From positions 48,236,001 through 48,300,000 of the forward strand of contig OX597828.1 in assembly GCA_951406725.2 (NCBI GenBank): 64,000 bases of DNA, given 5' to 3'. Below, piece by piece: positions 1 through 13,397 of the stretch. The position numbers and the translations under genes were made by a program. How positions within the stretch are numbered: the stretch's first letter is position 1; every line of letters starts with the position of its first letter. Origin of the DNA: Octopus vulgaris (lineage: Eukaryota). The notes beneath the pieces are model-generated. The model searched no databases, was not told where the DNA came from, and saw nothing but the letters and a program-made list of their open reading frames with translations.

Positions 1-128
1 TGGAAATGCCAGTTGAATTAATATGGTACAATAGGGGGATCTAGTAACTAAGTCGAACATATAGTTTATATAGATATAAGTGAACATACAAATATACCAC
101 ACAAACACATGGACATGCATACATAAAC

Positions 129-162
<34 letters not shown>

Positions 163-164
<2 letters not shown>

Positions 165-557
165 CGTAGGAGTGGCTGTGTGGTAAGTAGTTTGCTTACC
201 AACCACATGGTTCCAGGTTCAGTCCCACTGCATGGCACCTTGGGCAAGTGTCTTCTACTATAGCCTCGGGCCGACCAAAGCCTTGTGAGTGGATTTGGTA
301 GACGGAAACTGAAAGAAGCCCGTTGTATATATGTATATATATGTGTGTGTCTGTGTCTGTGTTTGTCCCCCCAACATCGTTTGACAAACGATGCTAGTGT
401 ATTTACGTCCCTGTAACTTAGCGGTTCGGCAAAAGAAACCGATAGAATAAGTACTAGGCTTACAAAGAATAAGTCCTGGGGTCGATTTGCTCGACTAAAA
501 GGCGGTGCTCCAACATGGCCACAGTCAAATGACTGAAACAAGTAAAAGAGTAAAAGA
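163..557 (+). mobile_element. tRNA-derived SINE family A (octopus OR-like, CORE-type)
   Basis: A/B-box-like head (GGCTGTGTGG..GGTTCAGTCCC), CORE-like GCACCTTGGGCAAGT, internal microsatellite, (GTAAAAGA)n tail; more than 12 copies in the window. Confidence 0.85.
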
Positions 558-1301
558 ATATATATATATTACGGAGATGTACTCGCATAGCAATTAATTT
601 GATCTGAGATCGTGTGCTGAAACGAAAACAATTGCAGCGTGGAAGGTGTTTATAAGCCATTTAAGAAACACACAAAAGCCGTTTGATTCACTTCAACATT
701 TAAGTTTAACTTATCAAAATATTTTCGTCGCTAAAATCCACGACCTGTTCACTGACAAAGTCCGTGCTGCATTATATATATATATAATCAACGGACATAC
801 TATTGGGGACTTTAATAGGAAGGACTATCAATCAATACACATATACAACCAGATGGACAATGTGTGTGTGTGTATAGATATGTATTAAAACCTACTTTTT
901 CCATTGAGAGCTTAATACCCCAATATTAGACTATTTTCTTTAACCAATACACAGTGAATGCTTATTATTATTATAGATATAAATGTATTTGATCTATATA
1001 AATGAAGATATTTCCTTCGTTTTACTGCTAAACATAGGCATTTTTGAATCAGCGTTTTTGCAATTTTTGCAATTTGGCAGCCCTTACATAGAATTTCATG
1101 TTTTTTTGAACATTGAAGAGGCTTGCATACATAGATAAGAATTTTTTTATAAATTCTCTACTGTACATAAGTCGGAACAAATTGTTGGCATTATATGTGG
1201 TTTTTAAGGATTTGTTATATTTATTATATTAGAATGTAAATAAATTTTTATTTTCTCAATTGTATTTCTCTGTTTCATTTAATATTTGTATATATATTCT
1301 T

Positions 1302-1674
1302 TCTTTTATTCTTTTACTTGTTGCAGTCATTTGACTGCAGCCATGCTGGAGCACCACCTTTAGTTGAGCAAACTGACTCCAGGACTTATTCTTTGTAAGC
1401 CTAGTACTTATTCTATCGGTGTCTTTTGCCGATAGAATAAGATGTAAATGCACCAGCACTGGTTGTCAAGCGATGTTGGGCACACAAACACAGACACACA
1501 AACACATATATATACAACGGGCTTCTTTCAGTTTTTCATCTACCAAATCCACTCACAAGGCCTTGGTCGGCCTGAGGCTGTAGTAGAAGACACTTGCCCA
1601 AGATGCCATGCAGTGGGACTGAACCTATAACCATGTGGTTGGTAAGCAAGCTACTTACCACACAGCCACTCCTG
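1302..1674 (-). mobile_element. SINE family A
   Basis: Reverse-complement copy of 163-557. Confidence 0.85.
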
Positions 1675-1678
1675 TATG

Positions 1679-1713
<35 letters not shown>

Positions 1714-1715
<2 letters not shown>

Positions 1716-1900
1716 TCAATCCAAACATGAACAAGCAAGAAAAAACAACAACGTGAGGACGTGGAATAAATAGTGTTATTGGATGCTCAGGAAAGGAAAG
1801 AAAAGAAAGAAGATTTCACGTTTCAAGCGAAGCTCTTCATCAGAAATATAGAAAAAGTCCAAAGAAGGGAAGACGGAGAAAGAAAATCGCCAACAATACA
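1714..1900 (-). mobile_element. Penelope-like element terminus with hammerhead-like motif
   Basis: Abuts (TA)n; minus strand TTTCTGATGAAGAGCTTCGCTTGAAACGTGAAAT. Confidence 0.55.
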
Positions 1901-2132
1901 CACATCACACACACATACATCTCATGACAACCATTTTACCACGTTTGCATGGGTCAGATGGAGTTTTTTTTTTAAGGTAGGTATTCTACAGCTAGATGCC
2001 CTTCTGTCACCAATTCCCACTCGTTTCCAAGTGAGGTAATATTCCCCTATGGCCAGTCATGATTTTGCAGAAAACTAGAAATGAATGACATTACTTTCAT
2101 GATGGTGACAATCATTTTACATTACACAGTCT

Positions 2133-2170
<38 letters not shown>

Positions 2171-4176
2171 GTGCTTCTTTTAGTTTCCGTCTGCCAAATC
2201 CATTCATAAGGCTTTTTGGTAGAAGACATTTTTCCAACCTACCATGCTGTGAGAATGAACCTGGAACCATGTTTTCGGTGGAAGTCAATGATATGGAAGC
2301 TAAATGGTTAGCCTGATATGGTGGCTAAATGGTTAGCATACCAAAATACTAAATTAATGAAATAATGTTCAAAAATTATTACATGTTGTGGTAGTTTTGA
2401 TCTCAGCCTCCAGGTCAGGGCAGATCTATGATCAAAGAAATGCTAAATAGGACCACCCCATCTTTTCCTTAGTATATCTAGGGCTGTACTGTCCAATAAG
2501 TCGTTACTGTTTTCAGACAGCAGGAAATGATTTGAGAGGATTTAGCTGCCGTCTCAAGCAGGACAATTAGCTGTACGGATGCTCTGTCATTTACTTGCCT
2601 TATTACAGATATTTTCTTCTATTAATGACCTGTTTTAGTGATGTAGCAGCTGTTACTGTTACAGGAGTAGTAGTAGTTTAGCACCAGGTCAACCTTGATG
2701 AGAGGACAGTGATCAAAAGGTGACCATGGTTGCAGATTCATTCTAGCCACAACCATCTTGTCTTGAATATTTTCATGCTCAGGCACAATGTATTCTTCCT
2801 TTTTTAAGGCACAAATGTATGATTCACAAGAAATTTGGCTGCTATTTCTAGCAAGCTGAGTGATTATATAGAGGTTCCCTTGTAGGCTTGTTATTGTGGT
2901 TTAGCCTGAAGTCAACTCTGATCAAGTAGATTTATCAAAAACTTTCCCAGCCTTCTTCAAGTATAGTACAGCCTCACAAACTAATGTCCCCTGTTTTGAA
3001 GATAGCAGAGTGTGATGGGAGATTTAGCTGCTCTTTCTCTTTAGCTGAGAAAAAACACCAAGTCTTCCTCAATGACTTGAGAGGACTGCAATAGAAGATT
3101 ATAATTGGTGCCATGCCTATGCTGGAGCCACTTAAAAAGCACTCAATACACACTATAAAGTGGCTGATGTTAAGAAGGGCTTCCAGCCACAGAAACCAAG
3201 CCCAAACAGACAAATGGAGCCAGATCCTGTGAAACCATCCAATGCATGTCAGCATGGAAAACAGACGTTAAATGATGACAAGGATTCATTATTTCATTTA
3301 TTTCCATGAGATAATGCCGTATTAGACTTTAATTGCAAAATTAAATTTCATGGTTATTCCAGTAACAATGTCAAATATCTAGCAGAACAAGCGATTAATA
3401 GATAAAGAAAAAAAAAATTTTTAAACTGATATTTCTAAGTCTCATTGCCTCAATAAACTTGACATATCTCAGCAAATTGCTTTCCACAGTTGAGAGTAAT
3501 GAAATTTTGAGTAGATATATCTGATTTCTGCAGCGAACAGATTGAAAGACAAAGTTCCTATTTCTAAAAAGAGAAGTGTTTCCTAGCTGAAATATTGAAC
3601 AGGTCAAAAGACTCTTTTCAAAGATTTCATATCAACTAAAGGTCAGGGGCATGATAGTAGGATGTGGTTTGGCCTAAGTGTTCCCATCAACAAACAGAGC
3701 ATTGGTCTTAACTTATCATCATCATCATCACTTAACATCTGTTTTTCCATGCTGTCATAGGTTGGATGGTTTGATACAATCTGACAAGCTACAGGACTAT
3801 GTTATTCTCCTATGTCAGCTTTGGCATGGTTTCTTCAGCAGGATGCCCTTCTTAACACCAACCACTTGACAATGTATACTGGGTACCTGTATTTGTGACA
3901 CTGGCACTAGTGATGTTATCAACTAACTTGTAGGACAAGAAAAAGACCCCGCATCTTCTCTGAGTAAGAGTTTATTTGAAAGAGGGGAGGTGGCTTTATG
4001 TTGGGTGTTGAGGGGCTAAAGTATGACAGACAAGTACAGGTGCCATGCTATAGAAGAAATACACAACCATCCTGCATTATATAAGAGTAGGTGGGAATAG
4101 CTGTAAAAAAGATAAAGATTATGGTGATGAGATACCAGAGCAAACTCTCGAGGCACAAAATGGTGAGCATTCAAAG

Positions 4177-4657
4177 CAATGGTTTTTAACCAGGGTCCAT
4201 ATAAGATTTTGTTGTTAAAGTTTATGTGCAAAAAACTGGTTATATTTTTGTAATATATAAAATATTTTAAATAATTTTGTTACATAATTCCTAGCAATAT
4301 TTAATGATAAAAAGATGGCAAGATGGTGCAACTGTTAGCATGCCAAGTAAAATGCTTAGCGGCATCTCAGGTTTTTATATTCCGAGTTTAAATTCTGCCA
4401 AGGTTGACTTTGCCCTTCGTCTTTCTGGGGATCAATAAAACAAGTACCAGTTGAACAACTGGGTTGATGTAATTGACTTACCCCCTTGCCCAAAATTGCT
4501 GGTCTTGTGCCAAAATTTGAAACCAACATTTAATGATAAAACTAAAATAGGATTGTTTCTTGCTTTTTTTTTATATCAAATAGCTATGAGGGTTCATACA
4601 AATAAAATAGGAATCAAAGAGGTCCATAGGTTATAAGAAAATGGTTGAGAACCACTG
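4177..4657. mobile_element. hAT (Charlie-like) MITE containing a family C SINE
   Basis: CAATGGTTTTTAACC ... GGTTGAGAACCACTG termini. Confidence 0.65.
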
Positions 4658-5133
4658 ATATAAACTAATCTACACAGGAAAACATGCTGTTATCACATAT
4701 TTAAAGAGAAGAACAGATTTTGTGATGTATTTCCAGGTAATTTTGCCATAAATAAGTGTAGTGAAAATTACGGGGGGGTGGAGTTCCAGACAAATGCTAC
4801 TGTTGTTGGTGTCGAGGGCATAAAAGAGTTAGAGGCTCCAGGAAAGCAATAACCAATCTAAGCTCTTTCTAAAAGGCCACTCCAGTTTCGTGCTTTCATT
4901 CTGAATCACCATATTCGTGTGTTCGTTTATTGATCCTAAACTATGAAATATTTCCTGCTTCTCTAGGTCAAGTCCTGTATTCATTTGTCCAGGCTGTTAA
5001 ATAATATATTATGTGTTTATAGCAAACCCAATGAATGCCAAATGCCGGCAGGAAAAGTGGATAGTAAAACAATAACAAAGTCAATGATAATAATGATGGT
5101 GGTGGCATTGGTAACAATGATGAAGATTATAAT

Positions 5134-5187
<54 letters not shown>

Positions 5188-6736
5188 TAGATAGATAGAT
5201 AGATAGATATATGGTCATTTTTTTCCCTCCCTACTTTATATTTATTGTCACTTGATTGGGTGAAAAAAGAAAAGAAAAAAAAAAGCACTTCTTGACCAAT
5301 AAAATTATGCTGGTTACCTGTATAAATAGAAGTATATTTTGTCCTGAGGCAAGTACAAATTCACTCTTATTATCTCAAATTAGATCTACACTGAGCCCAC
5401 AGAAAGAATACGTACAGGCCAGTAAGGTGCAGTGTCAAACTAACCCTTGGGTTAATAAGGAGTAGATGGTAGAATTGGTAAAATATTGGAGACAAAAGAC
5501 TTTGAGGTAATTAATTATGAGTTCAAATCCTGTCCAAGCTAACATTGCTGGCAAGTCTAATGATAGTTGTTTTTGATAGGACCCTATGGAAGAGATGCCT
5601 GAGGATTCTACCCCAACAACCCTACCAGGAATAGTGAATAGAGAAGATGGATGGATGGATGGATGTAAACTTTATCTCAACTCTAATTACAGGTAAAATC
5701 TGAAATACAAAGTTATTAAAATTTTTTGATATCACCATATATTATATGTGATGTCAAGATAAGAAGTCATAATCACACACACACAGAGTTTAAAACAGCA
5801 CAAAACAAAAAACAAAAGACACATACAGGTGAAGAAACAACAAACAAGGTGTATTAGTTTGACATGGAAATGTCTTCGATATTTTGAGCATACACTCTTC
5901 TACAGAAGGAAAATGAAAAGAGGATAAAAAAAAATGTCTGGATTAATAGTTGCAGAGGCTTCTTTCAGTCTACCAAACTCATCAGAAGGCTTTTGGTTGG
6001 CCTGAGACTATACAAAAGACCTGCTCAAGATGTCATGCAATGGAGTGAGCCCTAAACCACGTAACTATGAAACAAACTTCATAATTACACAGCTATGCCT
6101 GTGCTTATATTATATATATATATATATATAAAAAACAAGCTCATTGGCTAATTGTGACACCAGCACCTGTTCTGGCATTGTTATTTGATATATCACTAGC
6201 AAGGAGAGGAGCTGCTGTTATCTCTAGCAGTCAAGTATCCATCACTGACAAGACAAAGGAAGATCAAAATCACATGATCTGATAGTCTTGGGCTGGGGAT
6301 TTGTCTCACTGCTAGCAATATAAACAAGAGTGCATTTTGCACCAAAAACCCATATGAGAGTTCTCCTGATGGTAACCATTGCCGTATAGTTTGTTCTGAT
6401 AGAAAATTCACGTTCAAGTGGGAATAAATATTACTTCTCAGTATTGATACTGCCTCTTGCTAATATATATTATATTTATGGCAAAATGACTTCATTTTCT
6501 TTAGTTTACCCTCCTGTTTTCGTTGCTTATATTTTGCAAAGTGATTTGTCTCCATTTATTATATGAATCACATGAACTGGAGCATAAGGCAAAGAAAATA
6601 GCCAATGAGTTTTGGGTCATGAGTATGACTGATTGGGCCAAGGATCTTTCTACGAGAAATATCTATAAAAAAAAAAAGCCCCAAAAAATCACCCCCCAAA
6701 AAACTTTTTAAAATCCACCTCCTAGTTTATATATGT

Positions 6737-7188
6737 ATGGCTGAGTTCCTTTCAAGTGTTGGGCCCCACAGAGGCGAGGTGGACGAATTTCTTTTGAGCA
6801 GGCCTCATGGAGGTGAGGTGGCTAAGTTTCCTTCAAGTGGTGGGCCTCATGGAGGCAGAGTTGCCAAGCTCCTTTCTACTGTTGGGCCTCACAGATGCAA
6901 TGACCAAGACCTTTGGCATTATATTGTGCTTGAGAAGAAGACCCATCAAGCTGAGCAAAATCGCAGTTGTGGCAAATACCGGTGTCATGCAAACGGCACC
7001 GGTGCTGGTGGCATGTAAAAGGACCCATTACACTCTCGGAGTGATTGGCGTAAAGAAGGGCATCCAGCCATAGAAAATCATGCCAAATCAGACTTGATCC
7101 TGGCACAGCCTTCCAACATGCCAGCTCAGTCAAACTGTCCAACCAATGCCAGCATGGATATCAGGCGTTAAATGATGATGATGATGAT
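6737..7188 (+). mobile_element. non-autonomous retroelement family B with (GAT)n tail (RTE-related), 5' tandem ~40-bp units
   Basis: GGTGGCAYGTAAAA..GGCG..GAAGGGCATCCAGC..CATGCCAGCATGG..GTTAAATGATGAT; four degenerate ~40-bp units at 6737-6897. Confidence 0.7.
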
Positions 7189-7307
7189 CAAACATTGTCA
7201 TTAAATTTTCTTCTTGACTCATGTTATTTTATATGAAGTCTGTATATTTCATACCATCACTTGAGAAAATACTAATAACACTGGGGATCAGTTTTTTAAG
7301 AGAGATA

Positions 7308-7828
7308 CCGTAAATCCTCGAGTATAATCTGCAATTTTTTCCCAAAATTTAAAGGTCAGAATCCCTAGTGCGTACTATATACGAGGTTAAAAATGAAAAA
7401 TATTTTCTAAGCAATGTCCGAGTCTCAATTTGCTGTCCGGCAATGTTTATTCAGACGCATTTTGTGATGTCGGGTACGAAAATACTTTAAGCTAAGCCTG
7501 AAGGGAATGAAGTCATAAAAGAATCATCCAGAACTTGTAGTAAGCAACATTTATTAAACTTTATTACTATTATTACTGTTATTTCTTTATTTACTGCAAA
7601 CAAAATGCACAAAATAGCTACATGTTTGCATTATGTTATATATACAATAATAATAAAGGACGTTATCGTATACATTTTTACAAACCAAAGACGTTATATA
7701 GACCGCCTAGACTCAAGTTAGAGAAGGGGTGCGTATTACACACAAGGTTTAGGTTTTTCAGAGGTACAGCCTCCTAAAAATCCCCTGTGTATTATACTCA
7801 AGTGCGGACTATACTTGAGGATTTATGG
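7308..7828. mobile_element. MITE, Tc1/mariner superfamily (Tc2/pogo-like termini)
   Basis: TA|CCGTAAATCCTCGAGTATAATCTGCA ... TGCGGACTATACTTGAGGATTTATGG|TA: imperfect TIRs with a TA target duplication and subterminal repeats. Confidence 0.85.
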
Positions 7829-7922
7829 TACTTATAATTCATTTATTGGATGGTGGTCAAAACAATGAAATCCAATTCCAGCAAGTTCGACATATTTTCT
7901 TCAAGAGTTTATACATTATAAT

Positions 7923-7924
<2 letters not shown>

Positions 7925-8008
<84 letters not shown>
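7925..8008. repeat. (GA)n microsatellite
   Basis: About 42 GA units. Confidence 0.95.
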
Positions 8009-8011
<3 letters not shown>

Positions 8012-8489
8012 TGTGAATTCATAATTTATTCTGTATAAGTTTATATATTTTTGTTGGGTGGTGTGTAGCCTAATTGGAGTGAGGTTTGAGATAAAAATGG
8101 CACCAACTTGCAGCCTTTAGATAGTCGTTAACTGACAAAGAAGCCATTAGATTACTATTGTTCAGTTATTTTGGATCCAACTATAGAGAGAAATATTTGG
8201 AATTTTTGTAATATGAAAGCAGGGGAGATGTTAATCTGAGAACGAATTAATTGATTCATCTCCATAGCAACAAGTGTCCAACAGCCATAACCAAACAACC
8301 ACCTCCATTCTCCAACTTTCTAAAATAAAAATGCCAAATTATTATTATAGACTTACTATTCAAATAGCAAATGGTGCTGAATTCCTTGATGAATAAACAG
8401 AGATTTGTGAAGTTGTTGTTTAGCTGTAGGTCAGTCTCGATCCAGCAGATCAATAATTAAAAATATTTCGGTTGTGTTCATTGTATATA

Positions 8490-8892
8490 CTCTTTACTCT
8501 TTTACTTGTTTCAGTCATTTGACTGCGGCCATGCTGGAGCACCGCCTTTAATCGAGCAACTCGACCCCGGGACTTATTCTTTTGTAAGCCCAGTACTTAT
8601 TCTATCGGTCTCTTTTGCCGAACCGCTAAGTGACGGGGACGTAAACACACCAGCATCGGTTGTCAAGCAATGCTAGAGGGACAAACACAGACATATACAT
8701 ACACATACATATATATATATACATATATACGACAGGCTTCTTTCAGTTTCCGTCTACCAAATCCACTCACAAGGTATTGGTCGGCCCGAGGCTATAGCAG
8801 AAGACACTTGCCCAAGATGCCACGCAGTGGGACTGAACCCAGAACCATGTGGTTGGTAGGCAAGCTACTTACCACACAGCCACTCCTATGCC
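8490..8892 (-). mobile_element. SINE family A (young)
   Basis: Near-consensus copy, CpGs retained. Confidence 0.85.
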
Positions 8893-9075
8893 TATATGTA
8901 GAAATACATTATCCAAAGTGTCCTTCCTTTATAAAAGACTGCAGGATATGATTCAAGAAAGATTTAGCAGTCATTCCCACCAAGTTGGGCATCATCACAG
9001 AGGCTTCTCTGCCTGTAGCAGAGAAATTCCAATTCTAACCAATAACATTTGAGTTTGAAAATCCCTTAAAAACAC

Positions 9076-9303
9076 TTAACCCTTTTGACATTAATCCTTC
9101 TGAGACTGCTCCTGGTCCTTTGATACAAACTTCACATTTTAAAGTGATGTAAATTGAAAACGTTCCATTGAAGTTTCATGTTAATTTATGCTTTTAACAC
9201 CAGCTTAATGATGATAAAGTTATTTTACTAAATTCATTATTTTTTAAATCATCTGAAATAAAGGCTGTGTATTTCAACAGAAACATGGTAACAAATGGAT
9301 TAA
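9076..9303. mobile_element. piggyBac-like MITE
   Basis: TTAA|CCCTTTTGACA ... TAACAAATGGA|TTAA; related copies near 10380-10492, 40620-40817 and 53955-54035; similar termini at 11890-12110. Confidence 0.65.
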
Positions 9304-9594
9304 TCCTCGTAGGGCCCTTCTGTTTGCTTTAACTTGATAAGATGTTAAAACCTTTGGTCCAAAATGTTAGATCATAACCTACCAAAAGGTAGAGGTAACT
9401 ATGGGTTAGCAGATATCAGTTTGTAAGGTTGAGCCAAAGATCGGCCAGGCACTTGTTTGGCTGTTAGCAATGCTGAAAAAGAGCTGAATGGAATTAAATG
9501 ATTGAGTAGATTTCAATGGATCTATAATAATTGGAGGTTTAAAACACTGCCAGAATGATGAAGCTTTTAATTTTACTAGCTTAAGCTGATGAAG

Positions 9595-9987
9595 GTGTGG
9601 ATGTGTGATGAGAAGTTCTCTTCTCAGCTACATGGTTCCATGTTCAGTTCCACCACATGGCACCTTGGGCAAATGTCTTCTACTAAGGCTCCAGGGTAAC
9701 CAAAGCCTTGTGAGTGGATTTGGTAGAAACAGAAAGAAACCTGTTGTGTGTGTGCGTGTGAGAGAGTTTGCTCCTCACCAGTGCTTGACAATTGGTGCTG
9801 GTTTGTTTACATTCCTGTGATGTAGCAGTTTGGCCAAAGAAATCAATAGAATAAGTAATGGTTTTCTTAAAGCAAATAAATAAATAATAAATAAATAAAT
9901 AAAGCACTGAGGTTGATGTGTTTGACTAAACCCTCGAAGTCAAGGATCCAGCATGTCTGCAGTCCAATGACTGAAACAAGTAAAAGA
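9595..9987 (+). mobile_element. SINE family A (older)
   Basis: Diverged copy. Confidence 0.75.
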
Positions 9988-11134
9988 TGTTAAAAGCTTA
10001 AATACAAAAAAAGAATCAGGGTGGGTGGTCAAAGGAAGAATGGATGGGAGAGCATGCTTTATTTCCTTTTATATTTCTCGTTTTAAAAATAGAAAAAAAG
10101 AAAACTTCTGATAGATTGATGTAATAAGATGGAATATCAAACTCATTTGTTACCATTGCTATTTGAAAAATAATGAAGAATTTAGTAAAATAACTGCTAC
10201 TGTAAGGCAGCAAGCTGCCAGGGATGTTAGAGTGTTAGGTAAAATGCTTAGTAGCTTTTTGTCTGTCTTCCTTTCATTCTTTCAGAGGGTGATAAAATAA
10301 GTACCAGTTAATCACTGAGGCTGTTGTAATCAACTGAAATTGCTGGCTGAGTGTCAAAATGTGAAACCATTATTAAGCTGTAGTTAGGAACATGAATTAA
10401 CATGAAATTTTGATGGGAAGATTAAAATTGGATCACTTTAAAACCGGTGTTTGTGTCATAGAACCAGGGTGAGTTGATATCAAAAGGGTTAATGTTTTCA
10501 AGGTAGAGCCTATAGAGTTTTTCATTGGAAAAGAAATATGTGGAGACCAGAACCTAATTTTAGGATTATATTGGGCTTAAACACTGTTTGGGGTTAATGG
10601 TAAGGGCTTCTATCATAGGTGTCAAATATAAACCACCATTATCAGCATTAAAATTTTTTTCCTGTCTAACTAGGTTATGAATAAAAGGGGATGATAAATA
10701 AATAATTAGGAAGAGAATGAATGAATGAAATAAAAAGAAAATTGAAAGGGGACCATAAAAAAAGAAAAGGGAAAACATAGAAAATGAGAAAGAAAAGAGA
10801 AATTAAACCCCCAACATCTTTATCATCATCATAGCTATTCTCAAGGGACCCTTTATATTAAGGTTGTGAAGATGAGAGGTTTCTAAAAGAGGAATGGCTG
10901 GAGTGGTACTCCATGGTAACTGTAGAGATGAAATTATCAGATGCAATGAGAGAGAGAGAGAGAGAACAGAGATGAAAGGATAAAAGAGATTTCTAAAACA
11001 GAGACAATGGATGGACTGAATAATAGTTGTTTTAGCTCCTAACAGCAATCACACTTCACTGGTTGTGAGTAAATGAAGGAACTCACTGTGGTTTCAGTCA
11101 GTCTGCTAGAAATAACAGCTAAAATCTCTAGAGA

Positions 11135-11498
11135 TAAGCATGGTTGTGTGATTAAGAAGTTTGCTTAGCCACCACAAGGTTTCAGGTTCAGTCACACTTC
11201 ACAGCAGTTTGGGCTGACCAATGCCTTGTGAGTGAATTTGGGAGATTGAAACTGTGTGGAAGCCTGTTGTGTGTGTATGTGTGCAGGCATGCATGCCAAT
11301 CTTTGTATTTGTCACACCTGCTACCACTGCAGGTGTGACAACCTATATAGGTTTATTTGTGTGCCAGTAACTTAGTAGTTTGGCAAAAGAGACTGATACA
11401 ATAAGAACCAAACTTAAAAAATGAAAAAAAAATGTACTAAAACTCTTCAAGTCAGTGCCCCAGCATGGACATAGTCCAATGACTGAAACAAGTAAAAG
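11135..11498 (+). mobile_element. SINE family A (older)
   Basis: Diverged copy. Confidence 0.7.
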
Positions 11499-12989
11499 AA
11501 TAATAGAAAATGAAAGTAAAATAATACTTTCTTAAGAAAGAAGAAAGCAACACTTTGGATAAATGATCCTAAATACATAATGTTTGAATAAAAGATATGA
11601 CGGACATTGCTGGAACACATTTTACCATAGTGTCAGATCTGGACTAACTAAGGTTTACACAACTATACATCCATTAGCAATACTACTACTAACAATATTA
11701 ATATGAGCGGCTAAATGGTTAGAATTTGCAGCTAAACTCCTCTCAAATCACATTATCATCTTAAACTAAGAAGTTTGCTTGAGATTTGGTTGCTATTTCT
11801 AGCAGATGGATGAGTCAAAACCATACTGTGAAATGAGCATTACTATGGAAAAAGAAGCCGATGCATTGCTTGCTCCAGTTTATACATTGTTAACTCTTGA
11901 TCCATTAGAATTTAAACCTGTTATATCTGGCTCAAATATTTTAGCTGTTTTAAGTTCAAAACAACCACACGTCTTCTCACACTTCAATATCATTCTAAAG
12001 ATAAATGCCCACATCATCTCAAAGCTACAAGATGATGTAGGATTAATTCAAAACAATTTCGATAAATAAGCATTACATTTGACTGAGTAAGCTAAACGCA
12101 AAAGGGTTAAAAGCCCTGTTTTTTAATCTTGTTAAAAAAAAAAAGCTAGAGATTTTGATGAGATGCAGTACAGCATAAAGACCTAGTGTACTTTGTGAAT
12201 TGGTTTTTTGTCAGGTACTTTCACCTGCCAAGGTAGATTGAACAGTTTACTTGTTAAGGTTATCTCTACAGGTGTTCTACAGAAATTAAAACCAGTACTG
12301 ATTTTTGTTGCAATGTTTTGTACACAAGACATCAGATGTAAACAGACAATGAAATCAAAGATGAAAAAAGGGTAATGGGTGTATATGCCATATTGGGGGG
12401 GGGGGTTGCCCCTTCATCAGCACCCATCTAACCCTTTAATCATTCACAAACACATTGCTTAAATAGCCACAATATACAGTGGTGTAATGTTATTGGATAT
12501 ACCAATTTTACATATTAAATACATTCCTGGAAGCTGGTAAAGTTGATTACCAGTTTTTTCCACGTATAATTTAGAAGATATGATTCCTGGTCATCAGTCT
12601 CCTAATTAAATGAGGAATAAATAATGTCAGAAAATTCTTACTCACTGCTGGGGGTAATGAAGTCACTATTTAGCTTGAAAATTGAAAGAGGAAATTTGGA
12701 GAAATTTATTTGATAAAAAGCAAAAAAATAAACACACAATGCAAACAGGAAATCATTTGAGAGGATGTTCTTTCTAAAATGAAGTTAAACTTTGTTTCTT
12801 GCACAGAAGAGTGCTTAGTTCCAGTTTTGTATCCCAAACAAGAACATAGTTTGAAGCGCAGTTTCGTGTGGTTCATGATTTGGCAACAGGTGCAGACATT
12901 TGTAGTATAAGACAGCAAGAGTCAAAGTACCATTATAGCAACTTGCACTTTAATTAACTGGAGGCACACAAAGTAGAGCTGAATAAAAT

Positions 12990-13397
12990 AGCGCCGCCTA
13001 GACTGGCTTCCATGCCGGTGGCACGTAAAAAGCACCATCCGAACGTGGCCGATGCCAGCGACGCCTAGACTGGTTTCTGTGCCGGTGGCACGTAAAAAGC
13101 ACCATCCGAATCGTGGCTGATGCCAGTGCCAACTTGACTGGCTTCCGTGCCGGTGGCACGTAAAATGCACCAATCTGATCGTGGCCGTTGCCAGCCTCGC
13201 CTGGCACCTGTGCCGGTGGCATGTAAAAAGCACCCACTACACTCATGGGGTAGTTGGCGTTAGGAAGGGCATCCAGCTGTAGAAACACTGCCAGATCAGA
13301 CTGGAGCCTGGTGCAGCCTTCTGGCTTCCCAGATCCCTGGTTGAACCGTCCAACCCATGCTAGCATGGAGAACGGACGTTAAACGATGATGATGATG
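12990..13397 (+). mobile_element. family B element with four tandem ~65-bp internal units
   Basis: GCCGGTGGCACGTAAAAAGCACC x4, then the family B body and (GAT)n tail. Confidence 0.8.

Noticed and set aside
163-235. tRNA gene
   Set aside because: tRNA-like SINE heads with no acceptor stem, always fused to the SINE body.
41-541. 166-aa ORF and similar ORFs containing RLPNPLTR..WSARGYSRRHLPK
   Set aside because: Recurrent translation of SINE family A, not a gene.
12998-13233. CRISPR-like repeat/spacer pattern
   Set aside because: The spacers are homologous to each other, the context is eukaryotic and there are no cas genes; this is a tandem unit inside a retroelement.
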